DNA of 64,000 bases from a virus: the IMG/VR virus record IMGVR_UViG_3300045044_000009, positions 7,446 through 71,445 of that record. One strand, 5' to 3'. Under the pieces are notes generated by a model that saw nothing but the letters and a program-made list of their open reading frames with translations, made no database searches and was not told where the DNA came from. Every line of letters starts with the position of its first letter. Within the stretch, counting starts at the first letter, position 1. A program made the position numbers and the translations under genes. Positions 26,822-35,585 of this stretch are shown here, piece by piece.

Positions 26822-26857
26822 CCCCGTCGCGCCGAGCGGCGGGGATTTCGTGTGCTC
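26822..26857 (+). repeat. GCCGA-loop hairpin element, copy 3
   Basis: ccccgtcgc-gccga-gcggcgggg then atttcgtgtgctc, directly followed by the TTGAACAAAGGAC leader. Confidence 0.8.
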
Positions 26858-26880
26858 ATTGAACAAAGGACCAAATCACC

Positions 26881-27252
26881 ATGACATTCCGTGCATGGCT
26901 ATTTTGCATGGGCGCTTTCGTCATCCTGGCGCATCTTGTCGTATCGTCCATCGATCCGACCGCCGATCGCCTGCACGATGCACAGGACAAGGTTGAAACC
27001 TTGCAGCGTGCCAGCGCGAATGATCCGCCGTTGACTGCGGATCAGCGGCGTTACAACGCCCGGACGATCCAATGTCTCGCCGATGACCAAACGCTCGGCG
27101 CAGACCGCAATGTCTTCTTTCGACCTCCCTGCGGCCACACGATTGCTGGCGGCGGTGAGCGTGGCGAAGAAGCCCGCAAGCAATTGCCAGTAGCGTTGCG
27201 CGAGCTAGCAGCGGCGAAAGCCGCCTATGCGCAAGCTCACAAGCCGAACTGA
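26881..27252 (+). CDS. Putative membrane-anchored/exported early protein
   Basis: Hydrophobic N-terminus AWLFCMGAFVILAHLVVSS; leader motif upstream. Confidence 0.6.
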   Translation: MTFRAWLFCMGAFVILAHLVVSSIDPTADRLHDAQDKVETLQRASANDPPLTADQRRYNARTIQCLADDQTLGADRNVFFRPPCGHTIAGGGERGEEARKQLPVALRELAAAKAAYAQAHKPN

Positions 27253-27358
27253 ACACAGATGGCAGCGTCCGAAAGGGCGCTGTAATGGGCCACGCGTCCT
27301 GCGTGCCGGTCCACAGCCCGGATCAAACCATTCCATTGAACAAAGGACCAACCGACTA

Positions 27359-27655
27359 ATGTCTGCCAAGAACCATCCGTTTACCGTCGTGCTGATTGAG
27401 GGCAACGACAACGCGTCTCCGCATGAAATGGCGACCGAACCTGTGGTCTCCGTCGTGCGCGTATTCGCGAAGGGCAAAAGATCAGCCGTGACGGCTGCGG
27501 TCAAACAGGTCTCCGATGAAATCGCCGCAGGTTGCAGCGATAACGAAGATCCTGCCGAAATCCTGAGCGATTACCGCTGGCTGCCGATCGCGATATTTCG
27601 GGGTCATCCCGACGATCTCGCGGACGGCACCACATATGACTGGATGACCGCATAG
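27359..27655 (+). CDS. Hypothetical early protein
   Basis: ATG after the TTGAACAAAGGAC leader. Confidence 0.65.
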   Translation: MSAKNHPFTVVLIEGNDNASPHEMATEPVVSVVRVFAKGKRSAVTAAVKQVSDEIAAGCSDNEDPAEILSDYRWLPIAIFRGHPDDLADGTTYDWMTA

Positions 27656-27785
27656 AGTAGAGGCGACCTGCGACCGAGCGGGCCACGATGCGCGAGCGTC
27701 GTCGCCCCCTCGGCCTGGGCCGCAGTTGGCTACAGGGGCGACCGCCGAGCGCGGCGTCTAGCGTTGAACAAAAAGGACCAAAGCT

Positions 27786-28145
27786 ATGGCTACCAAGAAC
27801 ACTGCCCAGACTGCACCGCTGTCTCCGATCCAGAAGATGGCGGCTCGTGGGTTCGACCTCTTGCAGCGTGCCAACGGTGTCACGCGTGCGGAGTTGGTCG
27901 AACTGGGCAAGTCAGGCGGCGCGATCGGTTGGAAGAAGTATCTGACCATAATCGCTGCCAAGCAGGGTTTCGGCGACGAAGCCGTGAAGTCCTCCGACAT
28001 CGTGGAGGACGGCTACATCGTCGGCACCCGCTACACTCTCGCTGCCAAGAAGAAGGCGGCGAAGGTGGCGGCGACGCGCACCGCTTCGGCGGGACGCAAG
28101 GTCGCGGCAAAGAAGTCCGCTGCGAAGCGGACGCGTCGCGGCTGA
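27786..28145 (+). CDS. Winged-helix-like paralogue with histone-H1-like Ala/Lys tail
   Basis: LLQRANGVTRAEL...GWKKYL core, then AAKKKAAKVAATRTASAGRKVAAKKSAAKRTRRG. Confidence 0.7.
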   Translation: MATKNTAQTAPLSPIQKMAARGFDLLQRANGVTRAELVELGKSGGAIGWKKYLTIIAAKQGFGDEAVKSSDIVEDGYIVGTRYTLAAKKKAAKVAATRTASAGRKVAAKKSAAKRTRRG

Positions 28146-28167
28146 CCACACCAGTCTGACAGAAATC

Positions 28168-28196
28168 GGCGGGGGCTTCGGCTCCCGCCTTTTTTT
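28168..28196 (+). terminator. Rho-independent terminator
   Basis: ggcgggggc-ttcg-gctcccgcc followed by T7. Confidence 0.9.
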
Positions 28197-28327
28197 GTGT
28201 TCATGCGGTGGATACAAAACCATCCACGGCAGACAGTGTGCATACGAATGTGTCCCCTAGATAGAAGCATCGTGCGCGGTGCTTCTACCTCGGGTGACCG
28301 AGGGTCCAAGAACAGAAAGGACCATGC

Positions 28328-28837
28328 ATGCCAGACTTCAAGTCCATGAAAGACTTGTGGAACGAAACCTGGGCGTCACGCGATGAAGGCGAAACCGAAT
28401 TGAAGAAGGCTGGTTTCCCTGTATCGAGCGACGATCACGAATTAGGCGAGATAGGCGACGGTCGATGGCATCTGCGCAAGCCACTTGCGAAGAAGGCCAG
28501 CGGTCCGAAGCCCGGTCGCGAGACGTTGCGCAAGAAGGCGGCGCGGATGGCACAGGCAGATGAGCAAGCGCCCGCGTTCGCACAGGAGCCGGAGCCGAAG
28601 AAGAAGGCGAAGGCGCCTGCGAAGAAGGAGCGCGCTGTGCCGAAGCTGGACGCGATTGCCCGAGAGGGCGTTGAACTGGCGAAGCGCAAGCAGGGCGTTC
28701 CACGGCCTGATTTGCTGAAGCTCAACGATAACATCGGGTGGAAGTCCTATCTCGCACGCTACGGCAAGCGCGAAGGCTTGCGCGTAGAGGTCGAGAAGAA
28801 CAAGGACGACGTTATCGTCTACAAACTGGTCAAGTAG
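28328..28837 (+). CDS. Early protein with C-terminal winged-helix-like paralogous domain
   Basis: C-terminal LAKRKQGVPRPDL...IGWKSYL...VYKLVK matches paralogues 1-3; Lys/Ala-rich linker. Confidence 0.7.
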   Translation: MPDFKSMKDLWNETWASRDEGETELKKAGFPVSSDDHELGEIGDGRWHLRKPLAKKASGPKPGRETLRKKAARMAQADEQAPAFAQEPEPKKKAKAPAKKERAVPKLDAIAREGVELAKRKQGVPRPDLLKLNDNIGWKSYLARYGKREGLRVEVEKNKDDVIVYKLVK

Positions 28838-28847
28838 CCGAAACTCG

Positions 28848-28907
28848 GACGGAGTGGGCGCGGCATCTGCGGGTGTCGTGGCCCACTCCGCCTCAGTTTC
28901 GCTGGGG
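28848..28907 (+). repeat. Two-hairpin intergenic element (GA-stem1-stem2), copy A
   Basis: GA cggagtgggc...gcccactccg | cctcag-tttcg-ctgggg. Confidence 0.75.
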
Positions 28908-28951
28908 CCGCCGTAGAACGGCGGGGATTTAGAGCAGAAAGGTTATGCACC

Positions 28952-29185
28952 ATGAAACCCGACAAATCGGCGGGCGGTCGCTATTGGATGGGCAGTCAGC
29001 CCGAGCAATGCGACCTCTGCCAAGCGCCGCTGGACGGCGAGTTCGTTGACGGTGCCACAGTGCGTGGTCCGTGGGCGATGATGTGCGTCAAGTGTCATCG
29101 CATGTTTGGTCACGGCCTCGGAATGGGTCGCGGCCAGAGATATGAACTCGGCGATCAGGATCGCTGGTGGAAGACGGGAGGCTGA
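28952..29185 (+). CDS. Small zinc-finger protein
   Basis: CDLC...CVKCH. Confidence 0.65.
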   Translation: MKPDKSAGGRYWMGSQPEQCDLCQAPLDGEFVDGATVRGPWAMMCVKCHRMFGHGLGMGRGQRYELGDQDRWWKTGG

Positions 29186-29361
29186 CATGATGACAGTCGA
29201 TGAAGCCCGGCGGATTTGGAAGAGACTGCCGACGCCAGAAATCGAGGCAGAAGCCGAACGTCTAGTCGGAGAGGCACTGGATCACGGCTACGAACTCGAT
29301 CTGTCCGATCTGCTGTTCCTGGCCTTTTCCGCTGGCTTGAACGCCGCCGACAAGAACGCCT

Positions 29362-29424
29362 GACCCGAGAGGCGCGCATCCGAACAGGGTGCGTTGCCTC
29401 TCGGGCCTGTCGTTCACCGACAGG
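29362..29424 (+). repeat. Two-hairpin intergenic element, copy B
   Basis: GA cccgagaggc...gcctctcggg | cctgtcg-ttcac-cgacagg; both basal stems perfect. Confidence 0.8.
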
Positions 29425-29450
29425 GTTTCCGAACACGAAAGGACACGACT

Positions 29451-29813
29451 ATGGCAAGACCTGCCAAACCAAACCTTGATGCCTTGCTCCATCAACTGAA
29501 GCTGGCGTCCAACTCCGCACGCTCGGCGGTCCACGCCATGCAACTGCGTCAGTTGGAGCTTAACGAGCGGCAGATGCTTTCGCTGACCAACATGGCGGAA
29601 GAACTGATGGAGACGCGTCGTCGGTGCTTTGTATTGGCGACCGCCACCAGTGATCGCCTGTATGGCATCGTGGTTCCGAGTGCCGCCCGTTCCGGGTCGA
29701 TTGTCCACGCCCTGTCCCCTCGCGAGATCGATCGCAGGCGGCGCAAGGCGAAGGTGCCACCGACGAAGGAACAGGCCGAGCGTGACACCACACGGCGCAG
29801 CGCTCGCAGATAA
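29451..29813 (+). CDS. Hypothetical early protein
   Basis: ATG after the GAACACGAAAGGAC leader. Confidence 0.6.
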   Translation: MARPAKPNLDALLHQLKLASNSARSAVHAMQLRQLELNERQMLSLTNMAEELMETRRRCFVLATATSDRLYGIVVPSAARSGSIVHALSPREIDRRRRKAKVPPTKEQAERDTTRRSARR

Positions 29814-30059
29814 ACGGCACGAACGAGGACGGAGAAGACGTGAGTATGTCTATGGGGGAACTAGACATCAGGCGGCAATCGCGGCGGTTCGCTTTGTCGC
29901 TGCAATTGGATCAGCAGATCAGACGGAGCCGGGCGCTCCGTGTCTGGTCTGACATGCTCCGAATGGAAGCGGTGCAGGCGATCCTGCGATCGATCGAAGC
30001 CTGCACCGAAGCCAGACTTGCACGCCTGGGCAGGACGAAGAACCTGCCAGACTGACCGT

Positions 30060-30121
30060 GACGGAGCGGGCCTGCGTGGCAACGCGCAGCGCCCCCTCCG
30101 CCTCAGCCAGTCGGCTTGAGG
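30060..30121 (+). repeat. Two-hairpin intergenic element, copy C
   Basis: GA cggag...(GCAA loop)...ctccg | cctcagcc-agtc-ggcttgagg. Confidence 0.75.
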
Positions 30122-30155
30122 ACGTGCCTACCATTGAACAAAGGAACTACGGACT

Positions 30156-30647
30156 ATGAGTGAAACTACCACACCAGAGATATGCTCGATTTGCGGACGC
30201 CCGATCCCTCTTGTGGGAGATTGGGCGCATGGCGACAACGCTATGCCAATCACCGATGGACGTTGCTGCGGCGATTGCAATCAGAACATCGTCGTTCCGG
30301 AGCGGCTGAAGCGGATGCGAACCAAACAGGACCCGCGTCAAGTTAAGCCGTTTCATCCATTCCCCGGCACCGACGAACAGGTGGCGAAGGGGTGGATGAA
30401 TATCCTGCTGGAGCCGGAAGGCGACGGCGCTGCGGGCTACACTCAGCCATGCCCAGTGTGGCTGAATACCGCAGAGGTCCACAATCTGATTGTGATCTTG
30501 CAGAAGGATATCGATGGCCGTTCCTACTATGCCGAAGACGGCACGTATCTGCACGCCAAGCGGATGCTGGTCGAATTAGCAGAGAAGCTGGATGCGTCGT
30601 TTAAGTCGGCGCTCCGGGGTCACTATCGGGACGGACGGCGGCGATGA
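30156..30647 (+). CDS. Zinc-finger-containing early protein
   Basis: CSIC...CCGDC; leader motif upstream. Confidence 0.65.
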   Translation: MSETTTPEICSICGRPIPLVGDWAHGDNAMPITDGRCCGDCNQNIVVPERLKRMRTKQDPRQVKPFHPFPGTDEQVAKGWMNILLEPEGDGAAGYTQPCPVWLNTAEVHNLIVILQKDIDGRSYYAEDGTYLHAKRMLVELAEKLDASFKSALRGHYRDGRRR

Positions 30648-30928
30648 GATCACATTACTTCCTGATCGAGCATCCCACACGCGGCGTGTATTACTCGACC
30701 GAATACGAGTTCCATCCGCGTGGCTCTGTGCCGAAACATCACTTCTCCTGGTCCAAGCCGCGCACCGATCCTGGCATGAAGAGGTTCTACAACCTCGAAG
30801 AAGCCAAGCGGGTGTGCAGTTTGATGATGATCCGGGGATGCTACGTGCTCGAACTTTTCCGCGAGCGCGGCAAGCATCCGGTTCGTCATGTGCCGACCAA
30901 GGATGGATGGGTCGAGCGTAGCGACTGA
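30644..30928 (+). CDS. Hypothetical early protein
   Basis: ATGA-coupled to the upstream gene. Confidence 0.55.
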   Translation: MRSHYFLIEHPTRGVYYSTEYEFHPRGSVPKHHFSWSKPRTDPGMKRFYNLEEAKRVCSLMMIRGCYVLELFRERGKHPVRHVPTKDGWVERSD

Positions 30929-30932
30929 CCGT

Positions 30933-30989
30933 GACGGGGACGGCGCAGGCGAAAGTCTGTGGCCGTCGCCGCCTGGGCCAGTGTCCAGG
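30933..30989 (+). repeat. Two-hairpin intergenic element, copy D
   Basis: GA cgg...gacggc-gcaggc-gaaa-gtctgt-ggccgtc...ccg | cctgg...ccagg. Confidence 0.7.
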
Positions 30990-31028
30990 CACGCGTGAGC
31001 GTGTGAACAGGAAAGGACAAACTACACG

Positions 31029-31538
31029 ATGAAAGCCATTTTCATCGATGCCGTTAAGCAGGAATTCCGTGAGGTCGAATATGACGCCCTGGCATCCGCC
31101 AGCGGTGCCCCGACCATGCAGGATCACCTGGGAGGCTGGATCGACTGCGCTTTCCGGTTTCCGAACGGCGATGTGCTCTATGTGGACGAGGAAGGGTATC
31201 TGAAACCGACGATGCACTTTTTCATCTGCTCATTCCGCGCCGACCAGCCGATGGCTGGATGCGGAATAATTGTAGGCCGGGAAGTCGAGGACGACGATGC
31301 GCCGGGCGGGTTCTACACCCTTCCGCCGCAGACCAAGATCGACTGGCTGAAACGCAACATCGCCTGGATGACCCGCGAGGGTTTCGACCACTGGATGTCG
31401 CTGCACAAAGACGATCCTGCCGGTTACATCAAGATCGTGAATAGCAAGGGCGAGGTGGTTCGCACCGAAGTCCTGCACACGTATGGCGAACTGCATGACG
31501 GCATGAAGAAGGAGGCGGACAATGATACCGGGGCGTGA
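31029..31538 (+). CDS. DUF3846-like protein
   Basis: MKAIFID...LGGWID...GDVLYVDEEG.LK...MAGCGIIVG. Confidence 0.65.
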   Translation: MKAIFIDAVKQEFREVEYDALASASGAPTMQDHLGGWIDCAFRFPNGDVLYVDEEGYLKPTMHFFICSFRADQPMAGCGIIVGREVEDDDAPGGFYTLPPQTKIDWLKRNIAWMTREGFDHWMSLHKDDPAGYIKIVNSKGEVVRTEVLHTYGELHDGMKKEADNDTGA

Positions 31539-31941
31539 CAATCCAGACCTCGGCAATCAGATCCGTCGCCATCGCGAGCGGGCGAAACTGACCCGTTTCC
31601 AACTCGCCGAAAAGCTGGGCTGTTCCGACGCATTCATCGCCATGATTGAGCGCGGTAAGGGAAGGCCGGGACCGGACATCTACAATGGGTTGGTCGAGAT
31701 ATTCAACCACCCCGAGGTGGCCGAGCCTGCGACGCGTGTGCCGTTCAACGAGCGGGCGCAGGCAGCGGCGATACTGCACGAGCAGGATGGCATCCTGCGA
31801 CAGCAGCAAGAGGCCAGAGAGGTCACCGCCTTGCGCGAATTGACCGCTCGGGCAAGCGAGGTTCTGTCACTCGAAACCCTGATCCAGATGATTGTGGAGA
31901 AAGGCTACGAGGTGACGGTGACGAAGCGGACTTCGTCGTAG
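31522..31941 (+). CDS. XRE-family HTH DNA-binding protein
   Basis: IRRHRERAKLTRFQLAEKLGCSDAFIAMIERG; no S24 peptidase domain. Confidence 0.75.
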   Translation: MIPGRDNPDLGNQIRRHRERAKLTRFQLAEKLGCSDAFIAMIERGKGRPGPDIYNGLVEIFNHPEVAEPATRVPFNERAQAAAILHEQDGILRQQQEAREVTALRELTARASEVLSLETLIQMIVEKGYEVTVTKRTSS

Positions 31942-31954
31942 CGTTCCTGACCAG

Positions 31955-32019
31955 GACCAGAGCACCCCATGCAGCGATGCGTGGCGGTGCTGTGGCCTCG
32001 GCCAGACAATCTGCCGGGG
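31955..32019 (+). repeat. Two-hairpin intergenic element, copy E
   Basis: GA ccagagcacc...(GCGA loop)...ggtgctgtgg | cctcggc...gccgggg. Confidence 0.75.
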
Positions 32020-32053
32020 ACTTCACATTGAACCAGAGAGGACACTACACACC

Positions 32054-33223
32054 ATGGCTAAGAAGCCAGACAAGCGTGACAAGAGAGGACCCACGCTTGC
32101 CGACCGTGTGCTGGCTAGGACGCTTTCGGCGCATGAGAAAATCATCCATCCGAAGACCTACGACCAGCTTATGCAAGGCGTCCGCAGCGCCCACCGTTTC
32201 GTCTTTGACGAAGAGGCGGCGCGGCGGGTCGCCCAGGTCGTGCTGGACATCCCCTCGTTGTTGGTTCGCGAGCATGGCTTTGCCCGCGCGCCATTCGAGG
32301 TCACCTGGATCGAGTATCCTTCATACGCATACTGGAACAGGCTGCACGACGCCGACCCGGAACGCTATACCGGGCAAGGCGAATGGGGCGACAAATCGAC
32401 CGCCGATCACACGGTCGGCTACCTGATCGACCACAACCGCATCAACACGTTCGTTGGCGGCACGGTGACGGAGCCTGATCTGCTGCCGGATATCACGCCG
32501 ATGCAGTATCGGCTGCGCACCGAGTGGGATGTCAACGACCAGATCGAGTTCGCTCGGCTGGTCGGGTGCTCCCGCATGATGCTGGACATGATCATGTGGG
32601 GCAGCACCTATGACGTGCTGTCCGACGACGAACGCAGGCTGCTCCGTGCCTACAACGTGATGGAGCAGACGCCGCTGAACCCGAGCCATCGCACATATCA
32701 CACCCTGACGGCAGATGCCGGCATGGGGGCGGCAGCGCGTGGCTCGGTCGGCGACATGCGCACCATCATCGCCCTGCTGTTGATGCTCAACCGACCGTCG
32801 CTGACCACCTACAAGCAGACATTGCCCAATTCGCACGGGTTCATCCGTGGCAAATACCGGGCGTATCTGAACCATACGACAGTGACGATTGCGATCGATC
32901 CGGTGCCGACCCTACGATTGGTCGGGACGCCTGCCGGTGACGCGGTGGCGCGTCGCAGACATGAGGTGCGCGGTCACTACGCGCACAACAGGGAAGCGCG
33001 AGACTATGCCAAGATCGCCGGTTGCATCCACAATTTCGAGCCGAACCACGGACCGCCCAAGTGGCTGCCGTGGCCCGATGCCGGACCTGACGACCCGGAC
33101 AATTGGGTGTGCTCGGAATGCGGCGGCAAGCGCTGGTGGATACCGGAGCACGAGCGTGGGGACGAAAGCCTCGGCTACGTCATCCACGACGAATACAATG
33201 TGGTCCGTCGCCATAAATACTGA
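32054..33223 (+). CDS. Uncharacterised phage protein with C-terminal RRHEVRGH and CxxC motifs
   Basis: 389-aa ORF with leader motif; RRRHEVRGHYAH, CSECGG, WWIPEHERG. Confidence 0.7.
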   Translation: MAKKPDKRDKRGPTLADRVLARTLSAHEKIIHPKTYDQLMQGVRSAHRFVFDEEAARRVAQVVLDIPSLLVREHGFARAPFEVTWIEYPSYAYWNRLHDADPERYTGQGEWGDKSTADHTVGYLIDHNRINTFVGGTVTEPDLLPDITPMQYRLRTEWDVNDQIEFARLVGCSRMMLDMIMWGSTYDVLSDDERRLLRAYNVMEQTPLNPSHRTYHTLTADAGMGAAARGSVGDMRTIIALLLMLNRPSLTTYKQTLPNSHGFIRGKYRAYLNHTTVTIAIDPVPTLRLVGTPAGDAVARRRHEVRGHYAHNREARDYAKIAGCIHNFEPNHGPPKWLPWPDAGPDDPDNWVCSECGGKRWWIPEHERGDESLGYVIHDEYNVVRRHKY

Positions 33224-33227
33224 TCCT

Positions 33228-33292
33228 GACGGAAACAGCGGCGCCCGTAGAACGCGGGCGTCGGCTGCTTCCGCCTCGATCAGAGATCGAGG
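33228..33292 (+). repeat. Two-hairpin intergenic element, copy F
   Basis: GA cggaa.cagc...gctg.ttccg | cctcgatc-aga-gatcgagg. Confidence 0.75.
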
Positions 33293-33332
33293 GCATCGGC
33301 ATAGTGCCGGTGTGACAGAGGGAAAACACCAT

Positions 33333-33995
33333 ATGAAGAAAGCACTGCTAGCCGCAAGTGTGCTCGGCGGGATGGCGCTTGCCGTCTCGCCTGTGCATGC
33401 TGGTCAGATCATCAATTTTGCCCAGGTGGGCAATGCCTCTGATGTGACGGCCACGGACACCGCTGGGGTGACAACCATCTCCATCAGCGGCGCTCTGGTG
33501 ACGGTATCGGCTATCTCCCCAGATAGCTCGATCTCTGCGCCAGTGGCGGCAGACGTGACGTTGAATGCCACGAGCATCGATGCCGCCCAGGCTATCGGGG
33601 CGTCGATCTTGCAGCACTACAGCGGCACGTTCTCGGTGACGACGGCGGTTGGCGGCGTCAACCTCCTGAGCGGTTCCTTCACTGACGCGGCGTTTGGCGC
33701 TGGTGGCGGTCCTGGTCTGGTGGTGAACGTCAACAATCCGCCTGACACCCTGAACTTCAACAGTGCGACGATACCGGCGAAGGATTTGCTACCGCCGTCA
33801 TCGTTGAACTTTGGGTTCACGGCGTTGACGAACCCGCTGGCGATCGTCAACGGGTCGATCGGTAGCTTTGGCGCGGCCTTCATCGGCAACGCCAGTGCCA
33901 CCCCGCAGGCTGCGGCTCCGGAGCCTGCGACGCTCGGGCTGCTCGGTGTCGGTCTGCTTGGCACCGTCGCACTCGCGCGCCGTCGTCGCGCCTAA
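33333..33995 (+). CDS. PEP-CTERM sorting-domain protein
   Basis: Start MKKALLAASVLGGMALAVSPVHA (signal peptide); C-terminal APEPATLGLLGVGLLGTVALARRRRA. Confidence 0.9.
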   Translation: MKKALLAASVLGGMALAVSPVHAGQIINFAQVGNASDVTATDTAGVTTISISGALVTVSAISPDSSISAPVAADVTLNATSIDAAQAIGASILQHYSGTFSVTTAVGGVNLLSGSFTDAAFGAGGGPGLVVNVNNPPDTLNFNSATIPAKDLLPPSSLNFGFTALTNPLAIVNGSIGSFGAAFIGNASATPQAAAPEPATLGLLGVGLLGTVALARRRRA

Positions 33996-34022
33996 CAAGT
34001 CTCGTTTACGCTAGACTAACGG

Positions 34023-34052
34023 GGGAGGGCCTTGTGCCCTCCCTTTCTTTTT
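34023..34052 (+). terminator. Rho-independent terminator
   Basis: gggagggc-cttgt-gccctccc then tttcttttt, after the PEP-CTERM gene. Confidence 0.85.
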
Positions 34053-34060
34053 CTGATCCG

Positions 34061-34107
34061 GACGCAGGTAGCATACGCTATCTGCGCCTCGACCAGAGTG
34101 GACGGGG
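34061..34107 (+). repeat. Two-hairpin intergenic element, copy G
   Basis: GA cgcaggtagc-atac-gctatctgcg | cctcg...cgggg. Confidence 0.75.
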
Positions 34108-34127
34108 AATGAACAGAAGGACACTGA

Positions 34128-34610
34128 ATGACAATACCACCAGCATTTTTCGAGGCCATCGAGGATACGTCTGTGCCGTTCAGAAAGCGGCTACAGCACG
34201 CGATTTCGATGACCACTGGCGATGCGGAACACGCCGCCGAAATCAAGGCACATCCCCGCTGGGATGCCTGGGTCAGTAAGAACCGGGCCGCCCTGACAAG
34301 GTTTCGCAACCGCATGGCTGAGAAGATCGAGAAGGGCGATGCCGACGGTGTTCCCTTCTCGGAGATGGTCGAAAGGCCGTTGATCCGAGCGATCCTCGAA
34401 AGGATGCGACAGACCGGCGAAATCGACCGCACTCTGTCCAAGGTTATCGATGGCGTGACACCGGCTCATTGGACCCTGATTTACACCAGCGATGAAGGTG
34501 TCAGCATCCTCACGTCCCTGTCGGTCGAAAATACCATCGACCTCCTGGAAAACACCGTGGAGGGGATGAAGAGTGGGGACAAATTGATCAATCGGGGTCG
34601 ACCCCGATGA
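34128..34610 (+). CDS. Hypothetical early protein
   Basis: ATG after the TGAACAGAAGGAC leader. Confidence 0.65.
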   Translation: MTIPPAFFEAIEDTSVPFRKRLQHAISMTTGDAEHAAEIKAHPRWDAWVSKNRAALTRFRNRMAEKIEKGDADGVPFSEMVERPLIRAILERMRQTGEIDRTLSKVIDGVTPAHWTLIYTSDEGVSILTSLSVENTIDLLENTVEGMKSGDKLINRGRPR

Positions 34611-34876
34611 CGCTCGGTGAATATGTCGCTGACCGCTCCCTCAAGGAAATAATTGAGGGGAAGGCGCAGAAACCGACCACCAAGCGGATACTGCGTCGCT
34701 GCCTGCCGTCGCTGAAACAGGTGGTCGATAGCGTCGCCTCGCCAGAAGCGGGCGGCATGGCGCTTTCCAGAACCTCAGGCACAAGCAGCTTAGAAGTCCT
34801 GACGCCAGGGGCCTGCGCTTAACGGCGCAGCGCCCTTTGCGCCAGCACTTCGCTGGAAACTGAGAAAGGACACCAA

Positions 34877-35314
34877 ATGCTTAAAGACAAGCTGCCGCCC
34901 AGGGGGTCGTTTGACTACCTTCTGGACGGCAACGCCTACCACGATGAACCGCCGCAACCGCCTCGCAAAGAGGATCCACGGCGGGTCAAGATCGAGATCG
35001 AGATCATCGAACGGCAGCAAGGCCGCAAGGCCGAGCGCCGTCAGGATCGTCGCTCTGCGCTGTGGTGGATTGTCGGCGCGATGATCGGCGTGGCGCTGGT
35101 CGCATCGATGCGGCACGCACACGGCGAGCAGCGCTGGCAGGAGAACCGCGTGGGCAATCAGACCTACTGGTATAACCCAGAGACCGGCGTGCGAGGCCAG
35201 GAGTGGCCGATGCCGGACGGGTCTGTGCGCAGCACTTGGCAGGACCCGTCAGGTCACGTCAAGGACTGCGTGGTCCAGCGGTTCGGAAACGCCGTCAGCA
35301 CAAGGTGCCAGTGA
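34877..35314 (+). CDS. Single-pass membrane protein
   Basis: ALWWIVGAMIGVALVASM transmembrane segment, then a small Trp-rich domain with two Cys; followed by two tiny TM ORFs (35311-35406, 35403-35510). Confidence 0.65.
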   Translation: MLKDKLPPRGSFDYLLDGNAYHDEPPQPPRKEDPRRVKIEIEIIERQQGRKAERRQDRRSALWWIVGAMIGVALVASMRHAHGEQRWQENRVGNQTYWYNPETGVRGQEWPMPDGSVRSTWQDPSGHVKDCVVQRFGNAVSTRCQ

Positions 35315-35514
35315 GGCGCTGGATACCGGCGGCTGTGATGGCCGCCGTTGTCTGGGCGGTCGTAATCGTCTGCCTCCTCGTTCTGAAGGAGCTTCATCAA
35401 CGATGATCGGGTTTCTGATAGCTGGCGGCGTAGTCATCGCGCTCGCCGTGCTGATCTATATCGTCATGTGCGTAGCAGGACAGGCAGTCGAAGACCACTC
35501 CAACGACTGATCTG

Positions 35515-35565
35515 GATGAGAGCAGCGCGGGCCTCGCCCGTGGCTGCTGTCACCCCGATCAGGGG
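35515..35565 (+). repeat. Two-hairpin intergenic element, copy H (covariant)
   Basis: GA tga.agcagc...gctgct.tca | cccc-gatca-gggg; the basal CGG/CCG pair is replaced by TGA/TCA. Confidence 0.65.
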
Positions 35566-35585
35566 AACAGCAGAGGGACACCAAA

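Noticed and set aside
31522-31941. CI immunity repressor
   Set aside because: XRE HTH lacks the S24 domain, lies mid-operon co-oriented with early genes and is not at a divergent switch.
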